A stretch of DNA of 32,000 nt from Desulfotalea psychrophila LSv54. GTDB lineage: Bacteria > Desulfobacterota > Desulfobulbia > Desulfobulbales > Desulfocapsaceae. The translations under genes were made by a program, and so were the position numbers. Position 1 is the first letter of the stretch, and each line of letters opens with the position of its first letter. Below the pieces are notes generated by a model. It worked only from the letters and a program-made list of their open reading frames with translations. It had not been told where the DNA came from and made no database searches. The stretch lies in NCBI RefSeq assembly GCF_000025945.1, contig NC_006138.1, positions 2,940,001 through 2,972,000 of the forward strand. The letters run 5' to 3'. Shown here piece by piece: positions 10,336-19,596 of this stretch.

Positions 10336-10773
10336 ATGTCCATAAAAACAAAGCAGACATTTACAGAACTCCTGGAAACAATCAAACAATTACTCGGCGA
10401 AGAGGGCTGCCCATGGGACAAAAAGCAGACCAACGAATCCATCATTAAATATTTAAAATCGGAGTCACAGGAACTTATCGACGCCCTTGAGAAAAAAGAT
10501 TACCCAAATATCTGCGAGGAACTGGGAGACGTTCTTTATATTGTGATTCTCATCAGTTCCATAAATAAAAAAGAGGGCCAATTCAGCCTCGAGGACGTCT
10601 TCCGCGAAGTGAACGCAAAGCTCGTTCGCCGCCACCCCCATGTCTTTGCCGGCACCAGCTATGAAACAGAAGAAGATCTGGCAAAGCAGTGGGAGAAGAT
10701 CAAGCAACAAGAGAAGCACGATGCGAAAATACAAATAGCGCCAACAAACAACAACAAAGGTAATATTAAGTAA
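10336..10773 (+). CDS. mazG: Single-domain MazG-family nucleotide pyrophosphohydrolase
   Basis: 145 aa. FTELLETIKQLLGEEGCPWDKKQTNESIIKYLKSESQELIDAL, ICEELGDVLYIVILIS, RRHPHVFAG, WEKIKQQEK. Confidence 0.9.
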   Translation: MSIKTKQTFTELLETIKQLLGEEGCPWDKKQTNESIIKYLKSESQELIDALEKKDYPNICEELGDVLYIVILISSINKKEGQFSLEDVFREVNAKLVRRHPHVFAGTSYETEEDLAKQWEKIKQQEKHDAKIQIAPTNNNKGNIK

Positions 10774-10790
10774 TATTTTACATAAAAAAA

Positions 10791-10819
10791 TTGACACAAG
10801 CAAATGTTAGCGGTATTTT
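10791..10819 (+). promoter_or_regulatory. Candidate sigma70 promoter for the rpsF operon
   Basis: TTGACA (10791-10796), 17-bp spacer, TATTTT (10814-10819), in the mazG-rpsF gap. Confidence 0.6.
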
Positions 10820-10900
10820 AACCTGTTTTTTGAAGTGAATTTCACTTTATCAGTATTTGGTTTGCCCTAATTGCTGGGCAGATCTTTTTAACCTCTTCGC

Positions 10901-10970
10901 TCTCTGCGTTTACAAAGTTAGCGAGGGCCGTAACAGAAGCATTATGCTTCGATATCCATAACTCCACGAG
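10901..10970 (+). promoter_or_regulatory. Possible S6:S18-type autoregulatory leader upstream of rpsF
   Basis: Hairpin GAAGCA-TTA-TGCTTC (10936-10950) preceded by GCGAGGGCCGTAACA, which contains a CCG triplet. A CCG next to a hairpin is a hallmark of the described S6:S18 leader. The fold was not computed. Confidence 0.3.
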
Positions 10971-10978
10971 GAGGAATT

Positions 10979-11458
10979 ATGCGTAGGGACGAAACAATCT
11001 ATATTCTTCGCCCAACCATGAGCGAAGAACACATCAACACCGTCATTGAGAATACCAATAAGATCATTCTTGATGATGCGGGAACCATCATCTTCTATGA
11101 ACCAAGTGGGGCATGAAAAAGCTTGCTTACTTGATCAAGAAAGAGCTCTCAAGGTTATTATGTATACTGTGACTATGCGGGAACTCCTGCAGCAGTTTCT
11201 GAAATGGAACGTCGTTTCAGAATTGAAGATGCAGTTCTTAAGTACATGACAGTTAAACTCTCTGAGGACATCAGCGCAGAAGAGATTCAACAAGCTATTG
11301 GCGATATAGCTGCCCGCGAAGCTGCTGTTAAAGAAGCTGCCGAAGCTGAAGAAGCTGCCAACGAAGAAGTTGTTGAAAAAGTCGTTGAAAAAGTGGCCGA
11401 GAAAGCTGCTGAAAAAACTGTTGAAGAAGCTGCTCCCGTAAAAGAGACTGAAGAGTAA
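10979..11458 (+). CDS. rpsF: 30S ribosomal protein S6, reading frame interrupted by two compensating frame changes
   Basis: The 5' segment encodes [45 protein letters not shown]-stop (TGA 11114-11116). The middle (other frame, from about 11107) encodes [13 protein letters not shown]. The 3' segment (original frame, from about 11150) encodes [37 protein letters not shown] plus a tail. Together they reconstitute S6. Confidence 0.88.
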
Positions 11459-11483
11459 AATAGCACCCCCAAAGGAGTTTGAC

Positions 11484-11729
11484 ATGGCCCCAAGACCACA
11501 AAAAAAATTGTTTACCCGTAAAAAAGTTTGTCGCTTCTGCGCAGACAAAGAACTTGTTATCGACTACAAGGACGTTAAAGTTCTTAGAAACTTTGTTTCT
11601 GAACGTGGTAAAATTATCCCACGTCGTATCGTTGGCACCTGTGCTTCTCATCAGCGTCAGCTTTGTGAAGCAGTAAAACGTGCTCGTCAAATTGCACTTC
11701 TTCCCTACTCTGGATCTGCCCAGAACTAA
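11484..11729 (+). CDS. rpsR: 30S ribosomal protein S18
   Basis: 81 aa. [64 protein letters not shown]. Confidence 0.97.
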   Translation: MAPRPQKKLFTRKKVCRFCADKELVIDYKDVKVLRNFVSERGKIIPRRIVGTCASHQRQLCEAVKRARQIALLPYSGSAQN

Positions 11730-11754
11730 TTGGCTTTTAGCGAAGAGAGTCTAC

Positions 11755-12723
11755 GTGGAGAAACAAGCTGTAGAACAAATTGAGATAAAGAAGATACTGG
11801 TTCGAATACTTCTTATCACCGCAACCATTGTCCTTCCAGGAGTGGATTGGACAGTTTTTAGTTGGTTGCATCCCATGTTGCCACTCCTAGTCTTTTTCGT
11901 GTTAAGCGAACAGGGCATGTACGGTGGAAACAGGGTCATACTTATAGGTACAGGTTTGGGGCTTTTAGGTTCCTTCCTGCTCGGTTCTATGAGCTTGTTT
12001 CTGTTTGCCGCATCCCTCCTACCGGTGGGTTATGTCCTGGCAGATTCAGCAAATCGTAATAAAAGTCCTGTGCAAGCAGGTGGCAGAGGAGTTTTGGCCC
12101 TGGCCCTGTGCTGGGTTATACTCCTCAGTGGTATAATAAGCCCTGGCAGTATATCTCCGTATGCGCAGCTATTACTCAGCGTAAATACGGGAATTGATGA
12201 GGCGATAAAGTTTTACCGGGCAAGCAGTGATATTTCAGTGGACGTTAATATCATGTTGGAATCTACCCTTCTGCAAATGAAGGCCATTATTCCAATAATC
12301 ACCCCTGCCATACTTGCCTGTTTTGCCCTCTTTATTGTCTGGTTTAGTACCATTGCAGGAAACTGGCTCATTGCAAAAAAATGTGGTCGTATTATCTGGC
12401 CACATTTTAAATATTGGCAGTTACCGGAAAAACTTATTTGGCTGGCCATAGCTACGGCACTGGTCACCTTTATACCTCTGAACCTGGTTCGATACGTAGG
12501 GATTAATATCCTGATTGTCATGGCAATTATATATTGCTTCCAAGGATTTGGTATTACTGTTTTCTTAATGGACAAGTGGAAAATGCCAATCATCTTTCGT
12601 GCCTTTGTGTATGTAATGATTGTTTTCCAGTCTTTTGGTGCCATTATCCTCCTCTTGCTTGGAATTGCTGACACATGGTTAAATTTTCGCAAATCATCCG
12701 ATGATGTGGGAATTCAAGAATAA
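11755..12723 (+). CDS. YybS-like (DUF2232) integral membrane protein
   Basis: Multiple hydrophobic segments and a position between rpsR and rplI, as in several related genomes. The likely GTG start at 11755 (VEKQAVEQIEIKK...) has a purine-rich GAAGAGAG upstream; the tracked start at 11680 lies inside rpsR. Confidence 0.7.
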   Translation: MEKQAVEQIEIKKILVRILLITATIVLPGVDWTVFSWLHPMLPLLVFFVLSEQGMYGGNRVILIGTGLGLLGSFLLGSMSLFLFAASLLPVGYVLADSANRNKSPVQAGGRGVLALALCWVILLSGIISPGSISPYAQLLLSVNTGIDEAIKFYRASSDISVDVNIMLESTLLQMKAIIPIITPAILACFALFIVWFSTIAGNWLIAKKCGRIIWPHFKYWQLPEKLIWLAIATALVTFIPLNLVRYVGINILIVMAIIYCFQGFGITVFLMDKWKMPIIFRAFVYVMIVFQSFGAIILLLLGIADTWLNFRKSSDDVGIQE

Positions 12724-12773
12724 AAAAGCCCAGTTGTAGGGCGTGTTTTAGAAACACTATAAGGAGTTTAAAA

Positions 12774-13229
12774 ATGAAACTCATCTTAAAAGAAACCATC
12801 AGTACTCTCGGAAGAGAGGGTGATCTTATAGACGTAAAGGCGGGTTACGGCCGTAACTATCTTCTTCCTCAAGGCAAGGCTGTACTTGCAACAGCTACAA
12901 ACGTTGCAGAACTTGAGAAGAACCAAGCTGAAATTCAAGCAAAAATTGCAAAAGAGACCGCAATTGCCGAGAAGGTTGCTGAGAAACTTCAAGCTATTAA
13001 CCTTGTTATTGAGCAACTCGCCGGTGATGATGGACGTCTCTTTGGTTCAGTAACCAACTCTGACATCTGTGCAGCTCTTGCAGCACAAGACATCGTGCTT
13101 GATAAGCGTCAGATCATTCTTCCTGATCCAATCAAGACTGTTAGCGAGACCCCTGTTCTCATAAAAGTTGGTTTTCAAGTTGCAACTGAAGTAGTTGTTA
13201 AGGTTGTTCCTCTGAGCACCAAGGCGTAA
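12774..13229 (+). CDS. rplI: 50S ribosomal protein L9
   Basis: 151 aa. MKLILKETISTLGREGDLIDVKAGYGRNYLLPQGKAVLAT...RLFGSVTNSDI. Confidence 0.97.
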   Translation: MKLILKETISTLGREGDLIDVKAGYGRNYLLPQGKAVLATATNVAELEKNQAEIQAKIAKETAIAEKVAEKLQAINLVIEQLAGDDGRLFGSVTNSDICAALAAQDIVLDKRQIILPDPIKTVSETPVLIKVGFQVATEVVVKVVPLSTKA

Positions 13230-13331
13230 CCGCTAGCCTCTTTTGAGGTATTCTGTCCTGTCCTGTGACAGGATAGATGATATAATTGTAAGCTATAGGT
13301 AGAGTTTCCTATGACTTACAAATGAGCAGAG

Positions 13332-13363
13332 ACACCAGGGGGAACTCCTTCTGGTGTTTTTTT
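13332..13363 (+). terminator. Rho-independent terminator after rplI
   Basis: ACACCAG (13332-13338) / CTGGTGT (13351-13357) followed by a T-tract. Confidence 0.85.
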
Positions 13364-13416
13364 GTTTTACCAATCCCCCCATTCTTGTCCCTGAAGAATA
13401 GGCAGAAGAAGAGTAG

Positions 13417-14823
13417 ATGAATTCATTTTCCGATATACCAGACAATATGCCGCCGGCAGATTTTGCAAACCATCCCCATCGAGTTCCACCTCAAAACGTA
13501 GAGGCAGAACAAGCTGTTCTTGGCTCCGTACTACTCAAGGCAAAATCCTTTGGTAATGTGTTGGAAATTTTGAAGCCAAGCGATTTCTACCTTGAAAGTC
13601 ACCGTATTATCTATGAGGCAATGCTTGATCTCTTTGAAAAAAACGAGCCTCAGGATCTGCTGACAATTTCAAATTTATTGCGCGACCAAAATGTTCTGGA
13701 AAAAATTGGGGGGTCGCTCTACCTTGCCAGACTCACATCCATCGTGCCCGTTACGGCCAATATCGCAAGTTATGCCAAAATAATCCGTAATAAGGCAATA
13801 TTACGTCACCTCATTGAGGTCAACACAGATATTGCCGCTCGCTGTTATGAGGAGCAGGGGGATATCGATCTGCTTGTAGATCAGGCAGAACAGGCTATTT
13901 TTGATATTGCAGGCTCAAAGGATGGACAGGGTTTCACCCTGATAAAACAGATTGTGCCAGATGCCTTTGACACAATCAACCAACTCTTCAAACGAAAAGA
14001 GATGATTACCGGTGTCCCCTCTGGCTACACCGATCTTGATAAAATGACGGCGGGCCTGCAACCATCTGATCTCATCATTCTGGCAGCGAGGCCCTCCATG
14101 GGTAAGACCTCCTTTGCCATGAATATTGCCCAGCATGCTGCAATTGTTGAAAAAATTGGGGTTGCCGTCTTTAGCCTTGAGATGTCAAAAGAGCAACTTG
14201 TTATGCGTCTTCTCAGTTCTGTTGGCCGCATCGACTCCCAGCGCATTCGTACCGGTAAACTACAACCGGAAGACTTTGAAAAGCTGAACCGTGCCGTTGG
14301 CATGCTCACCGGAGCGCCCATTTTCATCGATGACACCCCATCAATCTCAGTACTGGAGATGAGAGCCAAGATACGAAGACTTGCCGCCCAACACGATATT
14401 GGCCTTATTGTGGTCGACTACCTCCAGCTGATGCGTGGACGTAACGCCACCGAAAACCGGACACAGGAGATCAGTGAAATTTCACGATCCCTGAAGGCCC
14501 TGGCCAAAGAGCATAAGGTGCCTGTTATTGCCCTCTCCCAGCTTAACCGTAGTCTGGAGAGCAGACCGGACAAACGACCCATGATGTCAGATCTCCGTGA
14601 ATCTGGAGCAATCGAGCAGGATGCCGATGTTATCGCCTTTATCTACCGTGACGAGGTCTATAACAAGTCTGAGGACAACCCCGCCCGGGGACAGGCCGAG
14701 ATTATTATTGGTAAACAGAGAAATGGACCAACGGGCTCAATTCAATTGGCCTTTATTAAAGAAATTACCATGTTCGAAAATTTGAGCTACTACAGTGAGC
14801 CCGATGATGGAGCTTTTGAATAG
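13417..14823 (+). CDS. dnaB: Replicative DNA helicase
   Basis: 468 aa. [58 protein letters not shown]-type Walker A region, [62 protein letters not shown]. Confidence 0.98.
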   Translation: [468 protein letters not shown]

Positions 14824-14990
14824 AGCGTTTTTCTTCCTCTTTTTAGCTTAGAAACAAATTTTTTTAATGCTACTCTTCCCCTCTTTCGGTAAAGTCTAGC
14901 AGTGTTTTAAAGGGTAGGAACAAAATTTCATATTATTTTAATAATAAAATATTAAATCAGCTAGTTGTTTAGTTACTTATCGAGGGATAT

Positions 14991-17474
14991 ATGCAACACC
15001 CAACCAATGCAAGATACGATTTTAAGACTATTGAATCCAAATGGCAGAAAAACTGGGCAGAAAACAAGACCTATTCTGTAACAGAGGACGAAGACAAGGA
15101 AAAATACTATCTCCTTGAAATGTTTCCCTATCCCTCTGGAAGAATTCACATGGGTCATGTACGCAACTACACCATTGGTGATGTTGTCGCCCGTTATAAG
15201 AGAATGCGTGGTTTCAACGTACTCCACCCCATGGGTTGGGATGCCTTTGGTTTGCCTGCAGAAAATGCTGCACAAAAAAACAATACCCACCCCTCCGTCT
15301 GGACCTACGACAATATCGACTATATGCGTCAGCAGCTCCAACAGCTAGGCCTCTCCTACGACTGGGATCGTGAGATGGCCACCTGCAACCCTAAGTACTA
15401 CCGCCAGGAACAGCAACTCTTCATCGAAATGCTCGAGAAAGGGCTGATATACGAAAAGGTAACCACCGTCAACTGGTGTGATACCTGTCAAACCGTACTT
15501 GCCAACGAACAGGTTATCGAAGGCGCCTGCTGGCGTTGTGACCAGCTGGTTCATCCTCGTAAGATGAACGGTTGGTTCTTTAAGATCACCGACTATGCAG
15601 AAGAACTTCTTGCCGATCTCGACAAGCTCACCGGCTGGCCGGAAAAGGTACGTACCATGCAACGTAACTGGATCGGTAAGTCCACCGGTCTCAGCTGCGA
15701 CTTTCAACTCGAAGATATGGATGATAAAATATCCATCTTCACCACCCGCCCGGATACCATCTACGGCGTCACCTTTATGTCCCTTGCCCCGGAACACCCG
15801 TTGGTCGAGCAACTGATCGCAGGAACCGATCGCGAGCAGGAGGTGCGTGACTTTGTTAAAGAGGTACTTGAAGACAAGCAGCGTCAGGATCCCACCCAAG
15901 AGCCAGAGAAAAAAGGCATCTTTACCGGTAAATACTGCACCAACCCCTTTAACGGTGACCGCGTTCCTGTCTATGTGGCAAATTTTGTTCTCATCGAATA
16001 CGGTACCGGCGCAGTAATGGCCGTCCCCGCCCACGATCAGCGTGACTTCGAATTTGCCGGCAAATACAAGCTACCCATCATTCCCGTTGTCGTACCGGAA
16101 GGTGAGGCCGTCAATCCAGCCGATATGGAAGAGGCTCTGACCAATCACGGTCTCCTCATAAATTCAGGCGACTTCACGGGCATGGCATCGCAAGAGGCCC
16201 AGGCCAAGATTATTGCCTATGCAGAAGAGAAGGGTTTTGGTAGTCCTCTTACCACCTACCGTCTACGCGACTGGGGTATCTCTCGCCAGCGTTACTGGGG
16301 CGCTCCAATCCCTATAATTCACTGCGATAGCTGTGGCATTGTTCCTGTGCCCATCGATCAGCTCCCCGTCGAGCTCCCTGAAGATAAGGACAAGAGCAGC
16401 GTTTGCGCCCCTCTTCATCAGCGCCCTGATTTCATCAACACCACCTGCCCAAAATGTGGTCAGCCGGCAAAGCGTGAAACAGACACCATGGATACCTTTG
16501 TTGAGTCCTCATGGTACTTCGCCCGTTATACCAGTCCACGACACACCGAGGCCCCCCTTGATAAGGCAAAGGCCAAATACTGGTTGGCAGTAGATCAATA
16601 TATCGGCGGCGTAGAACACGCTATCCTCCATCTCCTCTACTCAAGATTTTTCACCAAGGTACTTCGCGACCTGGGATATCTGGAAATTGATGAGCCCTTC
16701 ATCAAGCTCCTCACCCAGGGTATGGTCATTAAAGATGGAACCAAGATGTCAAAATCCAAGGGAAATGTTGTTGATCCCCACGACCTGATCAGCGAATTTG
16801 GAGCGGATACGACAAGACTCTTCAGTCTCTTTGCTGCCCCTCCAGAGCGTGATCTTGAGTGGAGCTCAGAAGGCGTTGAAGGTTCTTCAAGATTCCTCAA
16901 CAGAATTTACCGTTTTATTACGGCAAATTTTGAGGCCCTTACCGCAGGAGAGGCCTTTCCTAAAAAACTCTCCGAAGAAGATCGCCTGCTGCATAGAAAG
17001 AACCATCAAACAATCAAGCGGGTCACCGAAAACATTGAGCATAATTTCCATTTCAACACTGCCATTAGTGCAGTAATGGAACTGGTCAATCAGCTCTTTG
17101 CCCAATTCAAGAATGAGAAATCCATCGCCGCCCCGGCAGTTCTGCGCGCCTCGGTGGACAGTGTCCTCCTCCTGCTCTCGCCGATGGTACCTCACTTCTG
17201 TAATGAAATGTGGATGGTACTTGGCAACACCGAGCCCATCGAAAATCAGGCATGGCCTGAATTCGATATCGAGGCAACCAAGGAAGACCTGCTCACCATT
17301 ATTATTCAGGTACGTGGCAAGGTTCGCTCCAAGATTCAGGTACCGGTGGACATTGAAGAGGACGAAATTGTTGCCCTGGCCCTGGCCGATGAGAACTGTC
17401 AGAAGTTCATCGATGGTCAGCCTATTAAGAAAACCATCGTGGTTAAGAAAAAGCTTGTGAATATTGTTATCTAA
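14991..17474 (+). CDS. leuS: Leucyl-tRNA synthetase
   Basis: 827 aa. LLEMFPYPSGRIHMGHVRNYTIGDVVARYKRMRGFNVLHPMGWDAFGLPAENAA, VMAVPAHDQRDFEFA, GTKMSKSKGNVVDP. Confidence 0.98.
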   Translation: MQHPTNARYDFKTIESKWQKNWAENKTYSVTEDEDKEKYYLLEMFPYPSGRIHMGHVRNYTIGDVVARYKRMRGFNVLHPMGWDAFGLPAENAAQKNNTHPSVWTYDNIDYMRQQLQQLGLSYDWDREMATCNPKYYRQEQQLFIEMLEKGLIYEKVTTVNWCDTCQTVLANEQVIEGACWRCDQLVHPRKMNGWFFKITDYAEELLADLDKLTGWPEKVRTMQRNWIGKSTGLSCDFQLEDMDDKISIFTTRPDTIYGVTFMSLAPEHPLVEQLIAGTDREQEVRDFVKEVLEDKQRQDPTQEPEKKGIFTGKYCTNPFNGDRVPVYVANFVLIEYGTGAVMAVPAHDQRDFEFAGKYKLPIIPVVVPEGEAVNPADMEEALTNHGLLINSGDFTGMASQEAQAKIIAYAEEKGFGSPLTTYRLRDWGISRQRYWGAPIPIIHCDSCGIVPVPIDQLPVELPEDKDKSSVCAPLHQRPDFINTTCPKCGQPAKRETDTMDTFVESSWYFARYTSPRHTEAPLDKAKAKYWLAVDQYIGGVEHAILHLLYSRFFTKVLRDLGYLEIDEPFIKLLTQGMVIKDGTKMSKSKGNVVDPHDLISEFGADTTRLFSLFAAPPERDLEWSSEGVEGSSRFLNRIYRFITANFEALTAGEAFPKKLSEEDRLLHRKNHQTIKRVTENIEHNFHFNTAISAVMELVNQLFAQFKNEKSIAAPAVLRASVDSVLLLLSPMVPHFCNEMWMVLGNTEPIENQAWPEFDIEATKEDLLTIIIQVRGKVRSKIQVPVDIEEDEIVALALADENCQKFIDGQPIKKTIVVKKKLVNIVI

Positions 17475-17530
17475 AAAATAATGCATACCTTACTGTTCTC
17501 CTCGGGGAACAGTAGGGCAGGAGAAAACAA

Positions 17531-18046
17531 TTGAAAAAAATAGCCCCCTTTCTGATTCTCTCTATCCTTCTTGTCATCGGCGGTTGTGGCTATCATAATG
17601 CCAATGTTTACTCTGGCCCTGAAAAGGCTATTTTTCTTACAGAGTGGCAAAACAAGACGAGTAACCTCTCTCTTAATTCAGATATATACCGCTCTCTCTT
17701 ACAGTGGTTTCAAAAATCTGATAAAATCAAGGTTGTTCGGACAGGAGCCGAGGCTGATCTCATTTTAGCCGGTGAAATTATTTCTATTTCTCTGCCAAGC
17801 ATGTCCTATACCGATCGAACTGCCTCGGAAGTACAGGTGGTGCTCCAGGTACGCTATGTGATAAAGGATCTGGCAACAGGGAAAATCCTCATTGAAGTGC
17901 CAAGAGAGAGCTGGACGGAAGAGTACTATCCCTATGCGGGAAACTCTTCAGCGCCCGACAAGGAGAGTCAAGCAATCAAACAAATTGTCGACGATCTCTC
18001 CAAAAAGATCTACCAGCAGACCCTGCGTAAACTCAATAGCATGTAA
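17531..18046 (+). CDS. lptE: LptE family LPS-assembly lipoprotein
   Basis: TTG start. Lipobox-like signal LLVIGGCGYHNA; FLTEWQNKTSNLSLNSDIYRSLLQWFQKSDKIKVV...ADLILAGEI is typical of an LptE-like fold; follows leuS. Confidence 0.78.
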   Translation: MKKIAPFLILSILLVIGGCGYHNANVYSGPEKAIFLTEWQNKTSNLSLNSDIYRSLLQWFQKSDKIKVVRTGAEADLILAGEIISISLPSMSYTDRTASEVQVVLQVRYVIKDLATGKILIEVPRESWTEEYYPYAGNSSAPDKESQAIKQIVDDLSKKIYQQTLRKLNSM

Positions 18047-18069
18047 ATCACCTTTTTATTGCATTCCAT

Positions 18070-18102
18070 AGGTCATACCCATAAACGGGTATGACCTCTT
18101 TT
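18070..18102 (+). terminator. Rho-independent terminator after lptE
   Basis: AGGTCATACCC (18070-18080), loop ATAAAC, GGGTATGACCT (18087-18097), then CTTTTTCT. Confidence 0.85.
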
Positions 18103-18121
18103 TCTACCGCCCATAACACCT

Positions 18122-19108
18122 ATGTTTACCATTGGCCCCAATCAGTTTTCTTCACCCTTTGTCCTGGCCCCACTTGCAGGTTACACAGATCTCTCCTTCC
18201 GACTTCTCTGCCATCAATTTGGGGCAGACTATACCGTCTCTGAAATGATTAGCTGTCATGGACTTTTTTATAACCAACAGAGAACCCTGGAAATGCTTGC
18301 CTCACTACCGGAAGAACGTCCTGTCTCCTTCCAACTCTTTGGGGCGGAGCCAGATATCATGGCCAAGGCAACTCTGATACTCAATGATTTTCAGCCTGAT
18401 ATGATTGACATAAATATGGGCTGTCCGGTTCGTAAGGTCACCAAAAAAGGTGCAGGCGCGGCCCTTATGTCCACCCCGGAACTTGCCTACGATGTCATCC
18501 GCTCGGTGGTTGACAATACCGACATCCCTGTAACCGTAAAATTTCGGGCAGGGGTGAGCAGCACAGAACTGAACGGTGTAGAGTTTGGCCTTATGACAGA
18601 GAGGGCAGGAGCCGCCGCCGTAGCCGTTCACGGCCGAACACGGGCTCAGGCATTTAGCGGAGTGGCCGATCGAGGTATCATCAAAGAGGTCAAAGAGGCC
18701 CTCTCCATTCCCGTCATAGGAAATGGAGATATCTTATCCTACCAGGATGGTTTGGATATGATGGCTGAAACAGGTTGTGATGGGGTCATGGTCGGGCGAG
18801 GTGCGCTCGGCAATCCATGGGTCTTCCAGGCTAGTGGCAAGCCGGCAAACATCCATGGCCTTGCTGCAGGCGCCCTGCAGCACCTGCTCCTCATGGAAAG
18901 ATTCAACCCCGTAGAGCGCGTCCTTGGCCTTATCAAGAACCATATGAGCAAATACTTCAAGGATATGCCGGGAAGCTCAAGGCTCCGCACAGCTATCTTT
19001 ACCGCATCATCCTTTTTAGAACTGAAGGGAATGATCACCGAACTGAGCAATCCCGAAAGAGCTCACTCCCTTATAACTGACATTGAGCAAAAATATGAAA
19101 TTTCGTAA
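18122..19108 (+). CDS. dusB: tRNA-dihydrouridine synthase
   Basis: 328 aa. LAPLAGYTDLSFR, INMGCPVRKVTKKGAGAALM, VTVKFRAG, AVHGRTRAQAFSG, VIGNGDI, GVMVGRGALGNPWVF. Confidence 0.93.
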   Translation: MFTIGPNQFSSPFVLAPLAGYTDLSFRLLCHQFGADYTVSEMISCHGLFYNQQRTLEMLASLPEERPVSFQLFGAEPDIMAKATLILNDFQPDMIDINMGCPVRKVTKKGAGAALMSTPELAYDVIRSVVDNTDIPVTVKFRAGVSSTELNGVEFGLMTERAGAAAVAVHGRTRAQAFSGVADRGIIKEVKEALSIPVIGNGDILSYQDGLDMMAETGCDGVMVGRGALGNPWVFQASGKPANIHGLAAGALQHLLLMERFNPVERVLGLIKNHMSKYFKDMPGSSRLRTAIFTASSFLELKGMITELSNPERAHSLITDIEQKYEIS

Positions 19109-19568
19109 ACCAGAAGACGCAGAGCTACAAAAAAAAGCCGCCGCCCTCCTCCACCGGGCATTTCCCAAGAGCAAACGCGAAGAGGATTTGGCAGAAGATC
19201 TTCGTGATAATGAGCAAGAGTTTCACGAGTGGGTGGCTATTCACCGCAATAGCGTCATTGCCTATATTGGTTTCAGCAATGCCTACAGGGATGGAGAAAA
19301 ATGCGGCCTCCACCTTGCCCCCATGGCAGTTCACCCCGATTTTCAGGGTCAGGGAGTGGGAACAGACCTTCTCCATTTTGCCCTACGGCAAAAAGAGATT
19401 AAAGACCAGACAATATTTGTCCTCGGCAAGCCGGGATTTTTTCAACGATTTGGTTTTCAGTGGGCCGAGCTCCCCATCTGCCCATTTGCCCAGGGCAACA
19501 AACACTTCTCGATCAAAAACAGTACGGGAGGAGACTATACCGTCGACTACGAACCTGAATTTTATTAA
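19095..19568 (+). CDS. GNAT family N-acetyltransferase
   Basis: Overlaps the dusB 3' end. LHLAPMAVHPDFQGQGVGTDLLHFAL..., FVLGKPGFFQRFGFQWAE. The likely start is the ATG at 19095 (MKFRKPEDAELQ) rather than the tracked TTG at 19083. Confidence 0.88.
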   Translation: MKFRKPEDAELQKKAAALLHRAFPKSKREEDLAEDLRDNEQEFHEWVAIHRNSVIAYIGFSNAYRDGEKCGLHLAPMAVHPDFQGQGVGTDLLHFALRQKEIKDQTIFVLGKPGFFQRFGFQWAELPICPFAQGNKHFSIKNSTGGDYTVDYEPEFY

Positions 19569-19596
19569 TATTTTGTCAGGTCCCTGATAGCAAACA

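Noticed and set aside
10465-10803. 112-aa minus-strand ORF opposite mazG
   Set aside because: Mirror-frame ORF over a clear MazG coding sequence.
11135-11548. 137-aa minus-strand ORF rich in Phe/Ser over the rpsF 3' part, and a 67-aa plus ORF at 11046-11249
   Set aside because: Low-complexity mirror of the Glu/Ala-coding S6 tail, and an out-of-frame read through rpsF. Neither resembles a real protein.
12213-12692. 159-aa antisense ORF inside the DUF2232 gene
   Set aside because: No recognisable motif; the opposite strand has a coherent multi-pass membrane protein in the rpsR-rplI context.
15345-16034. 229-aa antisense ORF (-) inside leuS, plus 14973-15341 (-), 16887-17486 (-) and 17098-17460 (+)
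   Set aside because: They overlap an unambiguous leuS frame and show no family motif. They are shadow ORFs from codon bias.
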